A model generated the notes under the pieces. The model was not told the DNA's origin. It saw nothing but the letters and a program-made list of their open reading frames with translations, and did not search any database. Of a DNA stretch of 64,000 bases, positions 13,901 through 22,900 are shown in pieces. Source of the stretch: Balanoglossus misakiensis (lineage: Eukaryota; Animalia; Hemichordata); contig CM082579.2 of assembly GCA_040954595.2 (NCBI GenBank), positions 11,905,834 to 11,969,833 on the forward strand. Reading direction: 5' to 3'. The number at the start of each line of letters is the position of its first letter. Position 1 is the stretch's first letter. A program made the position numbers and the translations under genes.

Positions 13901-16900
13901 TCCTCAGTGGGGTCAGTAAGAGTGGGTTTTTTTAGTACTTTTATTTATCATTCGATCACCAATGGGAAGAAAATGGCATATTTTTCGTATTTTCTAGGAA
14001 TGACACGTTTTGGGCAAAAACTTGCGAAAAAGGCACTTTTATCTTGAGTGGCATCAATAAAACTGCTTTTTTGGAAATTTTTCACATATAGTGGGCATAT
14101 AATACATTATCAGATCTCCGAAAGTGAAGAAAATATATAAATTTAGAGTGTTTTCTGAAAATGACGTTTTTGGGGCAAAAAGTGGCAAAAATGGCATTTA
14201 TTCTTGAGTAGGATCAATAAGACTGCTATTTCTGGAATCAGCACCATTTTTTACATAGGATGAACATTTCCTATATCACATGATCTCTGAGCTTTATGAA
14301 GAAAAGTTTGTTTTTAAATTTTTTTCTAAAAATGGCCTTTTTGGGCAAAAACTTTCCAAAAGGGCATTTTTGCATTAGGTTGGGTCAATAAATCTGCTTT
14401 TTTGGAATAATCACCAAATTTTACATAGGGTGGGCATATAATACATTATCAGATCTCCAAAAGTGAAGAAAATATATAAATTTTGAGTGTTTTCTAAAAA
14501 TGACGTTTTTGGTCAAAAAGTGGCAAAATGGCATTTTTTCTTGAGTAGGGTCAATAAGACTGCTATTTCTGGAATCAGAACCATTTTTTACATAGAATGG
14601 ACATTTCATATATCGAATGATCTCTGAATATGAAAAACACAATTTATTTTTAGTTTTTTTGTAAAAATGACCTTTTTTGACCTCAAAAAATGGCCAAAAA
14701 TGGCATTTTTATATTGATTGAGGTCAAAAAGACTGCTTTATTTTTTAAAGTCACCACTTTTAACATAGAATTGACTTTCCATATATCACCAGATCAATCA
14801 TTATGAAGAAAACCGTGAGTTTTAAATTTTTTCTAAAAATGACGTTTTTTGGGCAAAAAATGGTCAAAAAGACAATTTTCTGTTGTTTTGGGTCAATCGA
14901 ACTACTTTTTTCGTAATATTCACCAAATTTTACATAGAATAAGCATATCATATGTCATCAGATCTCAGAATGTGACGAAAACAGTGTGTTTTTAGTGTTT
15001 TCTAAAAAAGACCATTTTTGGGTTAAAAATGGCCAAAATGGCAATTTTGTCTTGAGTGGGGTCAATAAGACTGACTTTTTTGGAATCAGCACCATTTTTT
15101 ACATAGAATTAACTTCTCAAACCTTCCTTACCAAAAATTCTGATTAACGGCACCTAGCTCCTGGACTAACAGGGTCCTTCCCCCAGGCACGCCTTTCCTG
15201 GATACGTTTCACAAATACTTGTTTCTTAGCTTTACCAAATATAATGTATCTATCCAACGTGCACATTCGTACAATAAACAGGAGACTATTTATGCTTAGA
15301 AAACATTTAATCAACGGTATATTGAATCATTTACAATGAAGAATGGAACAAAGTGCGAGTTCAGATTTCAACGTCGCCTTCACTTCGCATAACTCATTTT
15401 CTATTTTCTGTCTCTATCTCTGTAACTTCTCCTCGTTCTATCATATCTATCGTCTCTCACATAACAATTTCGAGCGATGTGCCCAGCCCTGTGGCATCTC
15501 CAACATCTCATTCTGTTTCTCGTCTTACGTTGCTCCGTCAGGGTACCACTCCCCATTGCCTTCTTAACTTTTGCGATTTTTTCTATGATTTCCGCGTGTT
15601 CCCCCGACCCAATCAAGGCCAACAACATTTGTGGAAGTGCCTTAGAATTTCTTTCCTTTCTTAGGGCTCGCATCATTGCAACATATTTTTGATAGTCCGG
15701 GTGTCTGACATCAAACGCAGTGACGGCGACCATTTGTAGACGAGCGAGTGCTTCCTCAGCGTTGAAAATGGCGGCATCTCGTTCCACATACAGTCTCAGC
15801 TCCATTAACTCTCTCTCAAATCTATCGTTTGCCAACTGTAGCGAAGTTCGGGCGTCTCCCCCTGAGGGTCCTGGCACATCTCTACCAACAACTTGTCCTA
15901 CCTGTGAAAACAGAAGTGACACGTCACCATTGTATACGTACTAGTGGAATTTCTATGGTCACCAACCACCTGTTGATTTCGTTCATTACATCATACTAAC
16001 TCATTACCATGTACTCATCTGTATTTCAAATATTCAAATTAAGCACATTTTCCATGCCACGTCAGCTTTTTTTCTTTCATGTAATTTCTTTCCTTTCTTC
16101 CTCTCTCGTCTCTTCTCCTCTCGAGTCAGTTATCATTGGGACGAACTCTACTTTCGTCAACCCAAACTTTTTTATGTCGCACATAAACCCGGGGACGAAC
16201 TACATATCGTCTACCCTCTTTTCTCTACGTACCATGTGCTTCAGGGGACGAACCTCATGTATTTTATTACATTATTATCGTCTACCCAACTTCTCCGTGC
16301 CTGTCAGCACATCAACTCTCGCCAAACCCATACCTTATCATTCTGCATGGGGACGAACTAATATCACTACCGACGTGATGTCTTGCATTCCGTAAGTCTC
16401 AATGAAGATATCGGAGACTACCAAGCAGCTTGTGTAATACCGAAATATCAGGGTACATTAGAGGGTATACAAATGAGACTTACCGCTTTTGCTCTCTGTT
16501 CAGTACTGGCCATTGTAGTTGACGCTCCAGCCGACATTGTCGTGGCACCTGATGTTGAAACTGTCACTATCGGTAAAGTTACTGATGGCGTGGCCACTCT
16601 AGTCGTTGACATTCTTGTCACCGATGGAGGTAGTGATATTAGGTGTCTGCAGCACCGTAACGGCTTTCGTCGTTGTAGGTTGGTTCGTAGCCATAGTAAG
16701 GTTGTGATGACGAGCGAGGTTGTGATACTTTCAGCGGTCTGTCCCACTACGCTGTGATAAGGCACACATGGTACCCTGGGTAGCCCCCTTATATATGCCA
16801 TCTTATGCATATTCATTTTGGTTAGCCAATCACTACTCAGTATAGATATAGACAATTTATCAGTACTAAAGGACACGTTTCTGTACGGTAATTTGTGTAA

Positions 16901-19900
16901 TGATAAAATTGCATCCAACGGGGTGGTTTGAGGAAAAAAATCGATGCTTTATTGCATTACTTGCGTGCAACTCAACCAGATTGAAACTCAACCAGATTGG
17001 GCCCCTAAAGACTGAACAATTCCAACGAAACCAATAGGGCCCAAGCGCTTGGGCCCTAAAAAACCAGTCATACCAATAGTCATACCATAAACAATTATGC
17101 CAAAATTTGGGGTTTAGCTCAAGCCTGCTGTGCTTGTGCCCTAAAGAAAAACTCCAGTAAAAACAATAGGGCACAAGCCTGCTTGGCTTGTGCCCTAATA
17201 ATAATAATAAAGAAAAATTCCAACAATACCAATAGGTGCCCCTATTGGTATTGTTGGAATTTTTGTTTCTAATGAGACCGCGGAATGATATTGCTTGTTT
17301 CGTGAACAGGCCACACTACCAAAAGGTAGTTCCGGTAACAAATCATTTGCATACAGGTATGGCATAATGTTAATTGATGTTACGCGCTCGGTGCAAGTAA
17401 TCGACGGTACATATGTAATAATATGTTTTTTTGTCAAACTCAGCTTCCTCTCTGAGTTTGTTTTTACGCTGTCTTTATTTTAATAGTAAGTGCAATCAAG
17501 GCACAGAATAAGAATCAAGTTGTTCGAGCACAGAAAACTCTCCTCGAATCCGACATGAAAATAAAGACAAGGCGCGGTCGAGTGATGATAGTTGGCCAGT
17601 ACGGAGTCGGCAAAACAAGTCTGAAACGAAGCCTGTTCAGGGAAGAATTCAACCCTAAACATGATTCCACCAGAGGAATCGACTTGGTTCGATTTTCAAT
17701 TGATATATCGACCTTTTTCGCGGGTATGTACGTCCTATTGTTTTACATTCCAAAGTATCGTCCGGTTGCTTTTTCGATAGCAAAATAAATCAGAGACATG
17801 TTCAACGCATTGTTTGTTTGATTTTTTAAAAAGAACATCATATCCCTTTGTTATTCAGTCACTGATCAAACGAAGGGATCGCCCACACAGATGACTATGC
17901 GAAAGCTACTGGCGAACAAAATGCGTGATCTGTTGAAGGAAGAACAACATGACAAGCCCATACAAAATCACAATGCCAACAAGTCCATCAAACCAGAAGT
18001 TATCTCCGGTCAACACCACGCCGCCGTTACCGACGACGTATTCGAAGATGAGAATAAGGATGATGTAGAGCTCCCAGAGCTATTTTCACATCTCATTCTC
18101 GAAGGCGAGGACGAACAAACACTTCTTGAGTCCCTGAATGTGAACAAACTTGACATGGACATGGACTCGTTTTGTGACTTTGGACTGTGGGATTTCGCGG
18201 GACAAAGTGTCTACTATACCACACATCAGGTGAGAGTGTATTCCTTTTTGGGTCCCATTGGTATGTACCATGGGACCTTATGGGATCGGTTGCGTCTGTC
18301 TGTATGTATGTATGTATGTATGGATGGATGGATGGATGGATGTATGTCTGTATGTCCGTCCACATCAAAAACTTGAAAACCGCTGCGTGTATCACCTTGA
18401 TATTTGGTGTGCTGATGCAGGCTGGGCTGTAGATGGGAGTTTGTTCAAATGAAGTTGTCATTGCCAAAAATATGCAAGTGGTGAGTATTTACTTTATTGA
18501 ATTGTTTTAATTAGGCAGAAACCCCTTCCTGTGATTTATATACACAGCAAATTCCTGCATTATTACATAACTGGCTAAGTTTTAAAGAGGCCAGCTGTTC
18601 TATTTAGTGTATGTACAGTAAATATGCCATTGGCAGCTTATGGGTCAGTCAGTGTTTGCCCATTGATCTCTCGCTATTTGTGTGTGTGTGTTTGTCTGTA
18701 TATGGCCATGTAGTCCGGTGTAGACTTTTTCTTGTGTAATCGCTCAATGGGACCTCTGTGTCCTTGACGTGATTTTTTATGTCTTTGATATCAACTCAAA
18801 TCTTAATTCAGATGTAGAGTTATGCTATGTCTTTACCTTTGTTGATTGTTTCGGCTGTTCTGTTCTCTAGACTTTGGCTGGTCTATTCTCTATCTTGGCT
18901 GTTCTCGGGCGTACACGTCACTCTTCCGAACAGAACTGCCAAGTATCAGCAAAGGTAGACGGCGCCTAATTCTGCATTTGATTATAATCAGTTTGACAAC
19001 AACTAAGACACCGCACACCTTGTGATTGAGGTGATTATAGGATGAGACACGACTTTTTCCCATTATGCATTTCATTGCCTCTGCCATATTAGCCTATGAT
19101 ATCATTTACCAGGTGTTTTTGGACAACAAGTCTATCTTCCTTCTGGTGGCTGATGCATCCCACGATTTGGATGACGAGTGTCCAATGGACAAATGTGAAT
19201 CTCGAGAGGAACAACAATGTTGGAAAAAGAAGATGAAATACAAAGGTTATTTCTCCTTAATGATTAGCTCTTCGTAATGTATGCTCACACACTTGAGCTT
19301 ATTACTGATATCTGTGTGTTTCGGTGTGTGTGTGTATGTCTGTGTTTGTCTGTCTGTCTGTCTATCTATCGGCAAATATCTCAAGAGAGTCTTAACAGAT
19401 ACGTGAAAGTCTACTAGTTACTGATGCAGCTTGAAATGGATCCGATTTGTTCAGCGCATATTTCATATTAAAGATCACTCCATATCTGATAAGGATTTTC
19501 TATGGCGAGAGAGCGAGTGGTATGAAATGCGTTGTTATTAGCAATTTACAAGAGCATAAATAGTTCACACCTGATTGTTTTATGGTCCGCTTTAATTGGC
19601 ACTAAAATACCGCATATAAATAGAAAGCGGTTCCGTATACCTGAGCAATGACGTTCACAAATCAATACTTTAATCCCTACCTATAATATGGCGATGGTGA
19701 CAAACCACGTTTCTCTTTAAATCAAGAGTGTGGACCCATGTCCTCTGATATATCTTTGACAACTCCTGTCTGTCTTTACATATTTCAGACTACCTGAGCT
19801 TTTGGCTGAATTCGATCCACACCTGCAGTCAGAAATCGTCAGAGAAGATCATCATAGATGGCCAGGAATACATGGCCCCTCTGGTGATACTGGTCGCCAC

Positions 19901-22900
19901 AAAGAAAGATAAGTTAGACCAGGGTCAACAGGTTGGTTGTTACCTCCCTTCGAATATTCGGAGCAATTCTAACTGGAAATGGGACACTGCTGTAGTGGTT
20001 AAGGTTGATTGTGTCACTAAGTTCCTTACTAACAACGCCAATGAAATATCAATACCTAAGATAACGACAAAAAAAGCAAGAATGTAGAATCCGATAAATC
20101 ATTTGACCACTAAGGATATTTGAAGAAAAGAAGCAACCACATCTATAGTACAATGTTTAAACTTATTTCCTCGAGTTTCCACCAACCTCCTACTCCCTTC
20201 AAAACTGTAATTATTTGACTTGAGCCTAAACTGTTGTGGCATTTTTCAGATACGGAAAACAGGCTTTTACCGTCTTTATCATTGTTGATGGCTTGTAACC
20301 TGATGATAAAACATTTTGGATGTAAAAGTATTTTCGGACAATTGAAATTGAAATGCTCATGCAAACCACAATCTACCTAGTAAAATGATTTTATTTTATA
20401 ATAGTTCACTTGCCTGTCTATAAATGTTGCCTGTCTATAAACGCTTTTTTCTTCATAGGATTACTTTATTCAAGATATGAGGCTGTATCTTGCTGAGGCT
20501 TGTGAAGAGGCCTACGATGCACACGTGTTTCAGAAAACATTCATTGTTGACAATAGTAGAAGTGGAACGGAGGAGGAAGGCCCTGAGATTAAGGACTTGA
20601 GAGAATGTCTGAAAGAGATAGCCGATGATCCAATCTTCACTGAAAATGTACCTGTGCAATGGCTGCGGCTGGAGCTGGAACTCAAGGCGTTGAGGGACCT
20701 CGAGAAGCACGTCATGAAGATTTCGTTCTTCAACCAATACGCAGCAAAATTTGGCATCGCGGAAAGGGACACGCCCGAAGTTGTCAAATACTTTCATAAA
20801 ATCGGCATCGCCTATTTCATCAAAGATTTGCTTGTCCTGGAGGCGAAGTGGCTGACCAACATTCTCAGCCGAGTCATCCTGATGAAGCTCGGCGACTTCT
20901 CCATCAAACACCCGAAGAAGATCGAGCGTTTCTTGATAAATCTGAGAAGATATGGTATTCTCCACGATGATTTGTTGGATTTTGTTTTGGATGAAAAGAA
21001 GCGGATCAGAAGCACGCGCTCAGGCGACGACTTCAGTGGAATCTCGCAGATTGTTGACGCTCCACACGCTAGCAACGAAAAAATGGAGTTGCTTTCCGGA
21101 GTCCACAAGGATTCCTCTGTTGCAACTGAACAATCTGTTCATAACATCGTAATCCAACTTCTCGAGCATTTCGATCTCCTTTATCCCCTGCATTTCGGAG
21201 ATCGTTCTAAGGTCTACATAGTGCCATCGCTCCTTCAACTTGACAGACTAGAAGCCCTTCCTCTGGGCGAAAAAAAGAGTTACCACACCCTGCCCCTGTA
21301 CTATCAATTTTCTGGCGGCTTTCTGCCGGAAGGTTTCTATTACCGATTGGTCGTTCGCTGCCTTCAAAAGTGCAACCTTAAGATTGATGAAATGACGCTG
21401 AAGAAAAACTTGAGATATCACCACGCCCGCATCCCTGTGAGCAGACGACACCAGATTACTCTGACAAAGCTGGGTCCGAACATTGTCCTCATAATGTGGT
21501 ATTCGACGTCAGAACGCACCTTTCAACCGCTCCACCCCAAACCAGATCCGGCGGAGTGCAGAAGGGCTCGGATACTTGTAGAAGAGGCAATGAATTATAT
21601 AATCAATACGTGGATGCATTCCCTAAGGTGTGAATAACTGCACACTTCTATACTTTAAAGGTACACCGTCACCTCCAATATACACACATATGGTGGCGCT
21701 CTTTTTTTCGTGTCTTCCACCCACTGAAAATCTGTGATTAGCTAAATCTCAATTAACCATGGTAACTGTAGCTAAATTTGCATAGGTGACTGTATACCTT
21801 TAATGTTAGGATGGCATTGTGTTTGCGTAATATGTAAGAAATATCTTAGAAATAGATTTTCATATGCGTTTCCAGGCCTCCGGCCCATATGAAAATGGGG
21901 TAAAATGAGAGTACATATAATACTACAAAATGTGAATATAGGTTGTATAAATAATTCTGTTAATAGTCACGTGACTGACGAAAAAGTAAACACAAAACAA
22001 ATATATGTAAGTGTACAATACAGAACCAGTTTTTCTAGTCTTTCATCTTATATATTGGATTTCCGTTTTCTATTTAAAATTCCATTTTCTCACAAATAAG
22101 GTACTAATGTAACACAATATCCGTTTAAAGGGAACGGTTAAAGGTGTCATGTCAAGTCTCATTTGAATGTATTTTACGTTTAGTGCAGGAGCTAAACCCC
22201 AAATTTTGGCATAATTGTGCACTTTTGGTTAAAAGCATGAAACTTTGTACACTTATGCATTGGCCCATGGCGGCCATTTTCTGATATGGATCCAAAATGA
22301 CAGCGCCCTCTAGTGGCCAGAAACAGATATTCATACTTTAAAATTGTGCACTTCCGGTTAAAAGCATGAAACTTGGTACACTTATGCATTGACCCATGGC
22401 GGACAATTTCCAATATGGATCCCGAAAGACAGCGCCCTCTAGTAGCCAGAAACTGACATTTACACTTTATCCCCCATTAATGGCACTTTTTGTCAAGTTT
22501 AACACTCAGAAACAGGAATGTGGGTTGTAAACATGCTTGCTGCCATACATTCCCTTGAATATTATCCTAATCCTGATGTACATGTATCAGATCAATCCTG
22601 TATGTTACTTATTGAACAATTTGTTCTTCGGTATAACAGAACCAGTTGAATACACAAAGTCATGCAAAGGTATAGGACAATATCTCTTCTCCAGAAAGTC
22701 AAGGTTTCTCGAGAATATTCCTTCTACACAGGCAGCTCTTAAATAACATGTGCTATGAGAAACCTAGCATAGCTACATAAAACCAACAGAATCCCAGTGG
22801 AAATCAAATTTGACAACTCTCAAGAGTCAACCTCAGGAAATCAGTTGCAAAAGTGATGGACGTGTTTCTGTAGGTGCTTTAGGTCTTGTCTGACAGCAGT

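Larger units (their letters stand above)
5645..16847 (-). mobile_element. Tyrosine-recombinase (DIRS-order, PAT/Ngaro-type split direct repeat) retrotransposon in the first Roco coding intron, with two nested insertions
   Basis: Repeats A1 16738-16847, B1 5941-6008, A2 5831-5940, B2 5645-5712 (A1...B1A2B2 on the - strand); gag, RT-RNaseH-MT and YR ORFs all on the - strand; no target-site duplication. Confidence 0.9.

Noticed and set aside
11140-14951. Many short ORFs, some identical on both strands; possible CRISPR-like array
   Set aside because: Artefacts of the inverted, tandemly repeated foldback arms; there is no repeat-spacer structure and no cas gene.
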